Shown here in pieces: positions 10,741 to 20,153 of a stretch of DNA of 64,000 bases; positions within the stretch are counted from its first letter, which is position 1, and every line of letters begins with the position of its first letter. Source of the DNA: Candidatus Parvarchaeota archaeon (GTDB taxonomy: Archaea; Nanobdellota; Nanobdellia; Parvarchaeales; Parvarchaeaceae); NCBI GenBank assembly GCA_025920305.1, contig JAPDMB010000001.1, forward strand, positions 538 to 64,537, in the 5' to 3' direction. The notes under the pieces are model-generated. The model worked only from the letters and a program-made list of their open reading frames with translations. It made no database searches and had not been told where the DNA came from. A program made the translations under genes and the position numbers.

Positions 10741-11907
10741 TTATCCCTTATTTTCCCTTTTAAGTTGGTCTCTTAGTTTCTCCTCGTCAAACATAAACTT
10801 ATCTAGGTCATCTTTTACTTTCTCTCGGTTCTTCCTAATCTGTTCAAGTACTCTATTTATGGTGTCAGCTGCTATCTCTTTCATCTCTCCGCTGGTTATC
10901 TCCCCCCGGCTGTATTCTTCCCTTATCTTATCTATCTTATCAGCATCGTCTTCCAATGTCATGAATGAATTGAATGCAAAGTCGACTTCTATGTTGGCTC
11001 CATACTTTTTCTGCTCCTCTAGCGTGTCCCTTCCGCCGGAGAAGGCATATTTCATCAGTTTCCTTTTAACTGTCTTTTCATCGTCGTCCAAGAATATGCC
11101 GGTCATCTCATCGGACGAGGACATTTTCGTAGTCTGGCCTCTAAGTGCCGGTATGAATTTTGACATTATGGAAGCGGGTTTTTCAAAGCCTAATTTAGGG
11201 AGGACATCTCTGGCAACCCTGAAGTACGGATCTTGGTCTATGGCATATGGTATAAGGCAGTTATACCTCTCTCCGCTTAACGCAGAAAGCAGAAATGCAG
11301 GCACGATCTGGATGGAAGGGAAGAACAGTTTGCCGATATTGTCAGAATCGTTCACTCCGAAGACGGCTTTTATTGTAGATACAGTCACCTTCTTTGCAAC
11401 ATCCGTGGCATAGTAATACAATGTTTTAGCGGATTGATAGTCCGCTATAACGTGAGTCTTCTCGGGTTTGAAGCCCAGGCTTAGAATACTTATTATATTA
11501 TCCTCTTTTATCCTCTCCACTTCTTCCTTTGTCAGTTTTTCTTTGACCATGAACTTCTCATCATCTGTAATCTGTATCAGTAAATGTACATCAAATTTGT
11601 CCTGCAGCCATTTGGTGAATCTAAACGGTATCAGGTGGCCTATATGCATCTTGCCGGAAGGCCCTCTGCCTGTGTAAAGATAGAATTTCTCGTTTTTCTT
11701 GTATCCGTCCAAAAGGCTATCCAAGTTTCTATGCGCATAGAATAGTCTGTTTTTTAGATATGGATGCAGGTCTTTGGTATAAGATTTGATTTTTTCGAGT
11801 ATCTTATCATCTATGAGGGATGCGCCGAATCTTTGCACAAGTTTTGAGTAAGCAGCTTCGTCTAGCCTTCCGCTTACTTCCCATGGCGTTACATTCAGTT
11901 CTTCCAT
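10741..11907 (-). CDS. trpS: Tryptophan--tRNA ligase
   Basis: VTPWEV, YTGRGPS.MHIGH, DQDPYFR, KMSSS. Confidence 0.97.
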   Translation of the reverse strand: MEELNVTPWEVSGRLDEAAYSKLVQRFGASLIDDKILEKIKSYTKDLHPYLKNRLFYAHRNLDSLLDGYKKNEKFYLYTGRGPSGKMHIGHLIPFRFTKWLQDKFDVHLLIQITDDEKFMVKEKLTKEEVERIKEDNIISILSLGFKPEKTHVIADYQSAKTLYYYATDVAKKVTVSTIKAVFGVNDSDNIGKLFFPSIQIVPAFLLSALSGERYNCLIPYAIDQDPYFRVARDVLPKLGFEKPASIMSKFIPALRGQTTKMSSSDEMTGIFLDDDEKTVKRKLMKYAFSGGRDTLEEQKKYGANIEVDFAFNSFMTLEDDADKIDKIREEYSRGEITSGEMKEIAADTINRVLEQIRKNREKVKDDLDKFMFDEEKLRDQLKRENKG

Positions 11908-12032
11908 GCTCTAATATATCTTTGTCTCGTATTAAAGTTTTAGAGTATTTTCCCCTGATTTTATATGTGCTCACAAACTTTTTTCGAACGGAAAAGTATT
12001 TATACTCTAATTACATATAATTATATGTAATT

Positions 12033-12269
12033 ATGGAAAGGAAAGGCGCGGGATATAATAGCAGCAAAAAATTCACAACGGTTTCTCTGCCGAAGCCATT
12101 GGCAGTCAAGCTCAATAAGATAATAAGTGGGACAGGGTTTACCTCCTTATCCAGCTTTGTTGAGTATGTTATGAGGGAGATAGTTGTGAACGAAATGGAA
12201 GGAAGTAAAGGTAAGAACGTAGACGTTTCAGACGTCGAAGAAAAACTAAGGAGGTTGGGATATCTATGA
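12033..12269 (+). CDS. Ribbon-helix-helix (CopG-like) protein
   Basis: TTVSLPKPL...GFTSLSSFVEYVMRE RHH pattern; C-terminal EEKLRRLGYL. Confidence 0.8.
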   Translation: MERKGAGYNSSKKFTTVSLPKPLAVKLNKIISGTGFTSLSSFVEYVMREIVVNEMEGSKGKNVDVSDVEEKLRRLGYL

Positions 12270-13102
12270 ATTTGGAAAAAAACAGGGATTCAATGCATCC
12301 GAATAGAATAGAGGGCGGGTTATCGCTGGATGCTAAGGAAAGTATAGCCAAGATAGTGATAGAAGATGCCCTTAAGAGATTCAAGAGGCCTACTGTGGTC
12401 TGGAGCGCAGGTAAGGATAGTACCGTCGTGCTGGATCTAGTATTGAAGGTGTGCAAAAAAATTGGAGTGAGTAATCCCCCTGCTTTATTTATAGATCACG
12501 GCCAGCATTATGATGAGACGATGAAGATGCTTTCGGACGTAAGCAACAGATGGAAGTTCAAATTGATATATGCCAGGAACGAGAACGTGCTTAAAAACGT
12601 TGATAAAAATAACAAAATTAAGGTAAAATCTTTGGATAAGAAGAACCAGGAGGAGGTAAGTCGTATAGGTTTTAAGGGCGAGGAGTTTGAATATGGGTTG
12701 GAAACAGAGGTAGGCAATCATCTTCTTAAGACGGTGGCGATGAATGATGCTATAGAAAAATACCGGTTCGATGCCCTGTTCACAGGGATCAGATGGGATG
12801 AAAATGAAGCAAGATCCAGGGAGGTATTTATAAGCCCAAGAGCATATCCAGAGCATGTACGTGTTCAGCCGATACTCCCATTTACCGAAAGAAATGTCTG
12901 GGAGTATATATTTAAGTATAACTTACCGGTGCATCCCCTCTATAAACAAGGCTATCGTTCGATAGACGGCAAATTCGATTCAAAGAAGACAAGCGATTTA
13001 CCGGCCTGGGAGCAGGATCTTGAGAATACAAGGGAGAGGGCTGGCAGGTCCCAGGACAAAGAAGGTGTGATGGAGAAGCTTAGGCTTTTCGGTTACATGT
13101 GA
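12266..13102 (+). CDS. PAPS reductase / CysD-like PP-loop protein
   Basis: WSAGKDS PP-loop, GIRWDE, HPLY..GYRSID, ERAGR. Confidence 0.88.
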   Translation: MNLEKNRDSMHPNRIEGGLSLDAKESIAKIVIEDALKRFKRPTVVWSAGKDSTVVLDLVLKVCKKIGVSNPPALFIDHGQHYDETMKMLSDVSNRWKFKLIYARNENVLKNVDKNNKIKVKSLDKKNQEEVSRIGFKGEEFEYGLETEVGNHLLKTVAMNDAIEKYRFDALFTGIRWDENEARSREVFISPRAYPEHVRVQPILPFTERNVWEYIFKYNLPVHPLYKQGYRSIDGKFDSKKTSDLPAWEQDLENTRERAGRSQDKEGVMEKLRLFGYM

Positions 13103-13160
13103 ACCTTCTAGATAGCGGAACATATATATTAAATTGAAACATTAGATACTAAGTACTGGT

Positions 13161-13259
13161 GGCTCGATAGCTTAGCTCGGTTAGAGCACTGCTCTTATAT
13201 AAGCATGCTCCAATATTTAGGTAAAGCAGGGGTCGCGAGTTCAAATCTCGCTCGAGCCA
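13161..13259 (+). tRNA. tRNA-Ile(UAU) with 24-nt intron at 37/38 (13200-13223)
   Basis: Acceptor GGCTCGA/TCGAGCC, anticodon stem CTGCT/AGCAG, loop CT-TAT-A|A, TTCAAAT T-loop; CTTA pairs with intron TAGG (BHB-like). Confidence 0.9.
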
Positions 13260-13263
13260 TCTT

Positions 13264-13995
13264 TTAGATAGAACTCAGTATTTGCTTCGCGAATCTTGGG
13301 TTATTGCTAGTTATAGAATCCACACCTATGCTGACGGCTCTCCTTATATCCAATTCTGTATCCACAGTCCATGCGGCAACCTTGAACCCGTTCTTATGGG
13401 CTAAGTCTACGTCGTCCTTGTAGATAAGATAAAAATCGGGCTGGACCCAGTTTCCGCCTAATCTTTTCGATATATCCACCATCCAGCTCACCTTTGAAAC
13501 GAAAAGTACGCCTAAACTGATGCTCTTATCAAGCTCTCTCAGCCTCTCTAACGAGTCAAAGTCGAATGATATTATCTGGACGTTATTCTTAAGCTTGAAA
13601 TCATCGATCAGATCGAGGACCTTTTCTTCTATGTGCGGATATATCTTATAGCTCTGTTTGATCTCCAAATAATAATGAATATCAGTCCCAACCTCCTCAA
13701 AGACCTCCTTAAGCGTAGGTACTCGTGTTTTCTCCCATTTTTTTCCGAATTTAATGCCTGCGTCCAGCTTCTTTATCTCATCGAGAGTGTGATCGTGTAT
13801 GAATCCCCTGCCTTCCGTTGTACGGTCTAGGGTTTCATCATGCATCACCACAAGTTCATTGTCCTTCGTGGTGTGGAGATCCATCTCAACGCCATATACA
13901 CCTATCTCTTTAGCGGTTTTAAAGGAGGGGATGGTGTTTTCAGGCGCTTCGAAAGCTGCGCCGCGGTGCCCATATAGAAGCGGCTTTTCCATCAT
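13264..13995 (-). CDS. Glycerophosphodiester phosphodiesterase
   Basis: GHRG, PENT, EMD, HD..LDRTT, WTVD. Confidence 0.95.
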   Translation of the reverse strand: MMEKPLLYGHRGAAFEAPENTIPSFKTAKEIGVYGVEMDLHTTKDNELVVMHDETLDRTTEGRGFIHDHTLDEIKKLDAGIKFGKKWEKTRVPTLKEVFEEVGTDIHYYLEIKQSYKIYPHIEEKVLDLIDDFKLKNNVQIISFDFDSLERLRELDKSISLGVLFVSKVSWMVDISKRLGGNWVQPDFYLIYKDDVDLAHKNGFKVAAWTVDTELDIRRAVSIGVDSITSNNPRFAKQILSSI

Positions 13996-14065
13996 TGAAT
14001 TAGTCTTCCCTGAAATATAAGCCTTTAAAGCGTTAAAAACGGTAAGATGATGATAAATAAATCAG

Positions 14066-14743
14066 ATGAATGCTCAATACTTACACATGGTTAGATACGC
14101 CCTTGTTTTTAGTAAAGACATCAGAGAAGAAGCTCATAAATTCTATATGATCTGCCATAGACTGAAGAGATGGCATTCTAATGTGGTTTTAATCGTTTTG
14201 GATGCGTGCTTAACCAGCAGCGGTTTGAACTACTTCAATGTCGTGGTGCCGAGGGTTGAGGCCTTCTATAAAGACTATATGAGGGATGATGCTAACCGCG
14301 GTATAGATTGGGCTCTATCAAAGAGAGATTCGATGGATCTCTTGTCATTATTTAACAATAAGAGGATATGGGGTTGCTTCTTTGACATACTGTCAAGATT
14401 GTCTGATTCAAGGATCAAGGGCGAGAAGGACATGGAAACCTTTAAAAGGTGGGCTGTGTCAGCTGATTATAAGAGCATTGATTCTGATCCTATAGGGATG
14501 ATAAAAGGCGTTGGAATAAACACTTTCCAATATCTCAGGATGCAGGCTGGCGTAGACACAATCATGCCGGATAAAATAATAAAGAGGTGGATTGAAAATT
14601 ACACCGGTAAGAAGATCAAAGATGAGTTCGAATGCATAGATTTAGGGGCTAAAATATCAAAGAGCATGAAGGTAAGCCCGATAGAGCTATGCTGGGCGGT
14701 CTGGATAAAGGAAAGCGATGAACGCGGGAGGCCTATAGTCTAA
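14066..14743 (+). CDS. Hypothetical protein with HhH-like motif (glycosylase-like fold; start may be 14087)
   Basis: IKGVGINTFQYL followed by TIMPD resembles HhH-GPD. Confidence 0.55.
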   Translation: MNAQYLHMVRYALVFSKDIREEAHKFYMICHRLKRWHSNVVLIVLDACLTSSGLNYFNVVVPRVEAFYKDYMRDDANRGIDWALSKRDSMDLLSLFNNKRIWGCFFDILSRLSDSRIKGEKDMETFKRWAVSADYKSIDSDPIGMIKGVGINTFQYLRMQAGVDTIMPDKIIKRWIENYTGKKIKDEFECIDLGAKISKSMKVSPIELCWAVWIKESDERGRPIV

Positions 14744-14875
14744 CAAAGTGAGCTGGAAATCCCTTCGAATTAGCAAGTGGATGAAAGCGAGCAAAGCGAT
14801 GGCATATAAGTTCAGGATGCATCCAGATGCAGAAAACAGGAAGAGATTATACTGCGCCGTAGGACGAATCATCCA

Positions 14876-15388
14876 TCAGCTCTTTATCGACGCCTCTTTA
14901 AGTTCTTTGATAGCCCCGTCTTTATTAGAAAAACCCTTGAATCTTACAAATTTGCCTTTTTCAAGTTCTTTCATATGCTCAAAAAAGTGCTTTATTTTAT
15001 CTTTTAAATACTGCGGTATATCATCCATGGTCTTTATCATCGATGATGCAGGGTCTACTTTGTCTACGGGTACAGCGATTATCTTGTTGTCCGTACCAGC
15101 TTCATCTTCCATTAGCAAGAGCCCGATCGCCCTGCATTTTACAATGGTATTGGATGATATAGAAGCGGAGGATATGACCAAGACATCTAGTGGATCCCCG
15201 TCTTTGCTCTTCGTGTTAAGCGCAAAGCCATAATTTGTAGGGTATACCATGGATGTGAACAGTATCCTATCTAGTTTTATGTTTTCTAGCTCCTCATCAT
15301 ATTCATACTTCATGTTGCTCCCCGCAGGTATCTCTATGAAGGTATAAAAGGTCTCAGGGAAGTCATCAGTTTGCTTATTGAATTCCAT
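14876..15388 (-). CDS. ppa: Inorganic pyrophosphatase (family I)
   Basis: EIP.GS..KYE, LDR, YP.NYG, DGDPLD. Confidence 0.97.
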   Translation of the reverse strand: MEFNKQTDDFPETFYTFIEIPAGSNMKYEYDEELENIKLDRILFTSMVYPTNYGFALNTKSKDGDPLDVLVISSASISSNTIVKCRAIGLLLMEDEAGTDNKIIAVPVDKVDPASSMIKTMDDIPQYLKDKIKHFFEHMKELEKGKFVRFKGFSNKDGAIKELKEASIKS

Positions 15389-15482
15389 CAGACATATCAT
15401 TATATTCTGGTATATAAATATTGCTGTCCATTGTAATCAGATGCGGAAAGTATTTTAACTTCATGCAAATTTGTTATTCATA

Positions 15483-15556
15483 GGGTCGTTGGCCAAGTGG
15501 CCTAAGGCACTCGACTGATAATCGAGAGATCGGGGGTTCGAATCCCCCACGGCCCA
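15483..15556 (+). tRNA. tRNA-Ile(GAU)
   Basis: GGGTCGT/ACGGCCC acceptor, CTCGA-CT GAT AA-TCGAG anticodon arm, GGGGG TTCGAAT CCCCC T-arm. Confidence 0.96.
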
Positions 15557-15620
15557 TCCTCTTGTATGCTGCCTTTATCCAGAAAAAAGTTATTTAACTC
15601 TAGGAATCCTTATAATCCGT

Positions 15621-15998
15621 ATGGTATTCACCATACCGGGAGCAGTCGTGCTGGTAGTATTCTCCATCCTTGCCGTACTTGGGTTTATATTGTTATATTT
15701 CATGGGCATTATCCTGGCAGTGATAAATAAGCACAAAGACGATAAGGCCCCTTTCACCTCATTTATGCTCCATCCGGATGATACAAAGAAGGAGATTGAC
15801 AAGTTTCTATATGTCGGTGTAGCGATACTTTTAACGGGTATTTTTACCATCACACAAAAGCTTCTTGGACCAGTAAATCTGAATAACCCGTTGATACTTG
15901 TGACTTATCTGCTGGCATACGTGTTTGGAATAGTAAGCGCTGTTCTTGTAGTGTACATTGGATACAGGTGGTACAGAAAATTTAAGAGGTTCCTATGA
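15621..15998 (+). CDS. Membrane protein, about 3 TM
   Basis: Three hydrophobic segments; ATGA overlap with next gene. Confidence 0.65.
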   Translation: MVFTIPGAVVLVVFSILAVLGFILLYFMGIILAVINKHKDDKAPFTSFMLHPDDTKKEIDKFLYVGVAILLTGIFTITQKLLGPVNLNNPLILVTYLLAYVFGIVSAVLVVYIGYRWYRKFKRFL

Positions 15999-16462
15999 AT
16001 TTTGATTTGATATACGGAGTTGCGACTTTTATCTTTAATATAGTAACCTTCATAGCCGTAATACTTCTAATCAATGATTACAAGGATAAGAATACCATAG
16101 CTCAGGCTACGAGGATGTTTTTGGATGCAAGAAGATTTACACTTGCCTTTGTGTTCTTGCTGATCGCAGCGCTGTCCCTGGCGGTAGGCTATAGCATTAG
16201 CGCCTTTATCGCCGTCAATAATCCTCAAACTACTTTCTGGGAGTATACGAATATACTCGTCTTTCTATTCCTTATGCTATTCTTTGTATTATTCTCAGGG
16301 TTCTACACTAGCCGGAGAGTGAAGAGGAAGTTGCTGAAGCCGACAAGTGTAGAAGTTCCTACGAATAATTTGAACCAGAACCCTCCTGCCCAGTCAGGGG
16401 ATTCAAGCATACCAGGGCAGCCTGCATCTCCTGGGGATGAGCAGGTGCATCAGAAGCAATAA
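15995..16462 (+). CDS. Membrane protein, about 3 TM, with disordered Pro/Gln tail
   Basis: Three hydrophobic segments followed by a low-complexity tail. Confidence 0.65.
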   Translation: MNFDLIYGVATFIFNIVTFIAVILLINDYKDKNTIAQATRMFLDARRFTLAFVFLLIAALSLAVGYSISAFIAVNNPQTTFWEYTNILVFLFLMLFFVLFSGFYTSRRVKRKLLKPTSVEVPTNNLNQNPPAQSGDSSIPGQPASPGDEQVHQKQ

Positions 16463-16493
16463 AGTATTAAAGTGATTATAGAGTCTATTAAAG

Positions 16494-18134
16494 ATGCAGG
16501 CAAAGTTCATCGTTGTCACTGGTTCCTTGATGAGCGGTCTTGGAAAGGGAATTCTCGTTTCATCAATAATGAAGGTTCTGGATATGTATGATTTAAAGGT
16601 CCTTCCGATAAAATTCGATGGCTACCTGAATTTCGACTGCGGTACGATGAATCCATATCGCCATGGCGAGGTCTTCGTACTGGAGGATGGCGGAGAAGTT
16701 GACATGGATTTCGGAACGTATGAAAGATTTTTAGACAGAGATCTAGATAGAGATTCATCCATAACGGGCGGGAAGATAATCAGCAGTATAATAGAGAAGG
16801 AGAGGAGGGGAGACTTCCTGGGAGAAGATGTACAGGTGACCCCTCATCTCACAGGAGAGGTAATAAAGTATATAGAAGATTTCGCAGAGAAGAAGAAAAT
16901 TGATATAGTCGTTATAGAAGTCGGTGGTACAGTAGGCGACATAGAGAATGGATACTTCATAGAGGCGATGAGACAGCTTTCCTTGAAGAGAAAAGTAGAG
17001 TTTATAAATTTGACTTATGTACCGGTTATAAGCAGCGTTGGTGAGCAGAAGACTAAGCCGTCACAGATAGGCATACGCCTACTTATGCAGGCTGGTATAA
17101 AGCCAGATATATTGGTAAGCAGAACGCATGAGCCGCTATCAGAAAAAACAAGGGAAAAATTGGCATTTTTCTCAAGCCTAGACAAAAGCAGAATAATAAG
17201 CGATGAAGATCTGAACAACATATACAGGTTCCCAATTAATCTGCTTAAGCAGGGAGTGGATAGGATATTATTAGATGATTTGGGCATCAAGGGACTTAAA
17301 ATCAATAGAGACAAGTTGCGCTCCTGGGAAGAGATAGCCGATGACACAGTCGGTATAGAAGGCGAGTCAATAAGGATAGGGATCGTTGGTAAGTATATAG
17401 ATCTGAAAGATTCATATGTAAGTGTAAGAGAAGCCGTGTATCACGCCTCTCATGCACTTGGCATAAATACGGATATAAAATGGATAGAAGCGACAAACCT
17501 CAGAGATGAGAAGCAGGTATCAAATGAGCTTGCAGGGCTGGATGGTGTGATAATCCCAGGCGGCTTCGGTGCCAGGGGCATAGAAGGGAAGATAATGGCG
17601 ATAAAATATGCGAGGGAAAATAAAATACCCCTCCTCGGGTTATGCCTCGGCATGCAGTTGATGGCGGTTGAATTTGCGCGCAATGTCTGCAAGCTTAAGG
17701 GGGCAAACTCGACTGAGTTCGACCCAAAGACTAAATATAAGATAATAGATTTAATGCCCGCACAAGTTGCCGTAAAGAATAAAGGTGGAACTATGAGATT
17801 AGGCGCTTGGAAGGCGAGGATAACCGTCAATGATTCGATCGCATATAGAGCTTATAAAAAGAAAATCATCTCCGAGAGGCATAGGCACAGATACGAATTG
17901 AATAACAGATACAGGCATCTGCTCGAAAAAGCAGGGCTCATCGTTTCAGCCACCACCTTAGACGGTAAATTAGTTGAGATCATGGAATGGAAGAACAGTT
18001 ATGGCATTGGCACGCAGGCCCATCCGGAGTTGAAGTCTAGGCCAAGTAGGCCTTCGCCTCTGTTCTTGTCGTTTATAAATGCGGCATCAGAAGTCAAGAA
18101 GCAAAGTTTAAATACATCGACTAAATCAGAATAA
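16494..18134 (+). CDS. pyrG: CTP synthase
   Basis: SGLGKG, HGEVFV, KTKPSQ, GLCLGMQ, ERHRHRYE, HPE. Confidence 0.98.
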   Translation: MQAKFIVVTGSLMSGLGKGILVSSIMKVLDMYDLKVLPIKFDGYLNFDCGTMNPYRHGEVFVLEDGGEVDMDFGTYERFLDRDLDRDSSITGGKIISSIIEKERRGDFLGEDVQVTPHLTGEVIKYIEDFAEKKKIDIVVIEVGGTVGDIENGYFIEAMRQLSLKRKVEFINLTYVPVISSVGEQKTKPSQIGIRLLMQAGIKPDILVSRTHEPLSEKTREKLAFFSSLDKSRIISDEDLNNIYRFPINLLKQGVDRILLDDLGIKGLKINRDKLRSWEEIADDTVGIEGESIRIGIVGKYIDLKDSYVSVREAVYHASHALGINTDIKWIEATNLRDEKQVSNELAGLDGVIIPGGFGARGIEGKIMAIKYARENKIPLLGLCLGMQLMAVEFARNVCKLKGANSTEFDPKTKYKIIDLMPAQVAVKNKGGTMRLGAWKARITVNDSIAYRAYKKKIISERHRHRYELNNRYRHLLEKAGLIVSATTLDGKLVEIMEWKNSYGIGTQAHPELKSRPSRPSPLFLSFINAASEVKKQSLNTSTKSE

Positions 18135-18136
18135 AG

Positions 18137-18454
18137 ATGGCAGAAAATTTGGATGAGGACAACTTTCATCAGACTTTAAAGGGAGTCGATCTTGCTTTGG
18201 TTGACTTCTGGGCGGAATGGTGTATGCCTTGTAAGATGCTTGAGCCAGTTCTGGCAGAAGTAGAAAAAGAGATGGGCGGTAAGCTGAAATTCTTTAGATT
18301 AAATGTGGATGAGAATCCAAACATTGCAAGCGAATACGGTATAGAGGGCATACCTACTTTGATAGTGTTCAAAGGCGGTAAGCCTATAAACGCAATCGTT
18401 GGATTCAGACCTAAAGCTCAGCTAGAGAAAGATATAAATGATTCAATAAAGTAG
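18137..18454 (+). CDS. trxA: Thioredoxin
   Basis: DFWAEWCMPCK, GIPT. Confidence 0.96.
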   Translation: MAENLDEDNFHQTLKGVDLALVDFWAEWCMPCKMLEPVLAEVEKEMGGKLKFFRLNVDENPNIASEYGIEGIPTLIVFKGGKPINAIVGFRPKAQLEKDINDSIK

Positions 18455-18473
18455 ACATACTATGATTTGAGCT

Positions 18474-18992
18474 ATGGATAAAATGCTTTTAGTCGGTAGT
18501 AGAGTTGTAATATCCGATCAGCCGCTTGCATCTTCGATATATAATAAAGGCGCATTTGGCGTCTTTGAAGATGGAAAGTTGTATCTCTCGCTGGAGGAAG
18601 CTCTCTATCTGAAAGAAAAGAAAAAACTTGAGATTATCGATAATAGCGGAAAGCGGATGAATGACACGACTATCTTAAGAGTTTTCGGGAGGAGAGAGAA
18701 GGGTTTCGCAAAGAGATATATCGTTTTCAAGAATCTCAGAGATAAAGGTTACATCCCGAAGGCCGCATTCAAATACGGTGGTGATTTCAGGGTATACGAT
18801 AAGGGCGACAGGCCTGGTAAAGAGCATGCCGAATGGATATTAAAGATATATGAACAGGGCGATACGGTGAAGTTCAAAGATTTCTCAGCCTTGAATAGGG
18901 TAGCTCACAGTGTGAAGAAGAGTCTGCTTATTGCAGTAGTAGACGATGAAAATTCAGTTACATTTTATGAAGTGAACTGGAGAAATATCTGA
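18474..18992 (+). CDS. endA: tRNA-intron endonuclease (single-unit, alpha4-type size)
   Basis: LSLEEALYL, KYGGDFRVY, EHA, RVAHSVKK; catalytic Y/H/K present. Confidence 0.95.
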   Translation: MDKMLLVGSRVVISDQPLASSIYNKGAFGVFEDGKLYLSLEEALYLKEKKKLEIIDNSGKRMNDTTILRVFGRREKGFAKRYIVFKNLRDKGYIPKAAFKYGGDFRVYDKGDRPGKEHAEWILKIYEQGDTVKFKDFSALNRVAHSVKKSLLIAVVDDENSVTFYEVNWRNI

Positions 18993-18993
18993 C

Positions 18994-19104
18994 ATGGCAA
19001 AATTATCCATGAAACGTTTAGCGAAGTATAGGCGATTACAGAATAAGATTAGGAGAGATAGTATTAGGCTGCAGGCAGTTTTGAGAGAATATAAATCAAA
19101 TTAA
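18994..19104 (+). CDS. Small basic 36-aa ORF
   Basis: Manual translation [36 protein letters not shown]; starts 1 nt after the endA stop and fills the gap to rpl23. Confidence 0.45.
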   Translation: MAKLSMKRLAKYRRLQNKIRRDSIRLQAVLREYKSN

Positions 19105-19359
19105 TCCAAGCTGCGTTGCAAGGTCCATAGCATTGTTTTCTTTGTTTAGCTTAACGATTGCAATCTTGTCTCCATTCATTCTATTGATTATATTTATGGC
19201 TTCTACCTTTACAGAGAATAAGGACTCTATCTCCTTTTTTAGTTCTATCTTATTCGAGTGTTTTGTGACGATAAATGATAGTTTATTATCCTGCTGCATC
19301 AGTCTTATAGACTTCTCTCCCCCAACTACACTCACTATGTTTTTGATCTTTTTCTCCAT
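19096..19359 (-). CDS. rpl23: 50S ribosomal protein uL23
   Basis: EKS...NKLSFIV...KIAIVKL...ATQLG; follows rpl4. Confidence 0.93.
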   Translation of the reverse strand: MEKKIKNIVSVVGGEKSIRLMQQDNKLSFIVTKHSNKIELKKEIESLFSVKVEAINIINRMNGDKIAIVKLNKENNAMDLATQLGLI

Positions 19360-19361
19360 AT

Positions 19362-20153
19362 CTAAATCTTAAGCGAAGCCACTGCGCTTTGAGTCCATAC
19401 GATTAATCTACCTGGTTTCCCAGCATGCGATACATCGCTTACATTTAGTTTCCTAACGTCTGCAACGTCGATGTTCATATTTGCGGCGGACCTTCTCAGT
19501 TTATCTGGCTCTGTGGTGATTATAATCATCCCAAGTTTCTTTTTATACTTTCTGCCCCGCATCTTCCCCTTTCCGGCTCGTATGATCCTCTTTTTTGTGC
19601 GTATCAATTCCGATTCCAAACCAATAGCAGACAATGTCTTGTAAAGTTCCTTTGTCTTTGATATATCATTTAATTTATCCTCTATCACTATTGGGAGTTC
19701 AATATCTCCTATTTCGTGTGAAGATTTGACGATATCACGGTTTGCTGAGGCAGCTATCGCGCTTTTTATTGCCGCTATTTTCTCCTTTTTATTGAGTTTT
19801 TTCTCCAAAACTTTCTCTTTCTTCGGGGGATGCGCTTCTCTTCCACCTACCGTATTTGGCGCAGTTGCACCTACATATACAAACTGAGTTCCCATCCTCC
19901 ATGTTACCTTCTTCGGGGTTCTTGTCAGCCCATGACCGTAGACTGTCTTGTAAGTTCTTCTTGTTTTGGAGAGTGTAGAAGATTTTCTCTTTCCAGCCAT
20001 AGGGTCAGTATACTTTAACTGGAAGTTTCTAGATTGCTCAGCTAAAAATGCCTTCTGTATCAACTTCTTGTTTATTATGTATTCGAAAGCATCAGGCAGA
20101 TCTATCTCCCCAACTTTTTGATTGTTTAATGACAATACATTGGCTTTTTTCAT
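19362..20153 (-). CDS. rpl4: 50S ribosomal protein uL4
   Basis: [28 protein letters not shown]. Confidence 0.96.
   Translation of the reverse strand: MKKANVLSLNNQKVGEIDLPDAFEYIINKKLIQKAFLAEQSRNFQLKYTDPMAGKRKSSTLSKTRRTYKTVYGHGLTRTPKKVTWRMGTQFVYVGATAPNTVGGREAHPPKKEKVLEKKLNKKEKIAAIKSAIAASANRDIVKSSHEIGDIELPIVIEDKLNDISKTKELYKTLSAIGLESELIRTKKRIIRAGKGKMRGRKYKKKLGMIIITTEPDKLRRSAANMNIDVADVRKLNVSDVSHAGKPGRLIVWTQSAVASLKI

Noticed and set aside
14748..15233. 161-aa plus-strand ORF
   Set aside because: Mostly antisense to ppa
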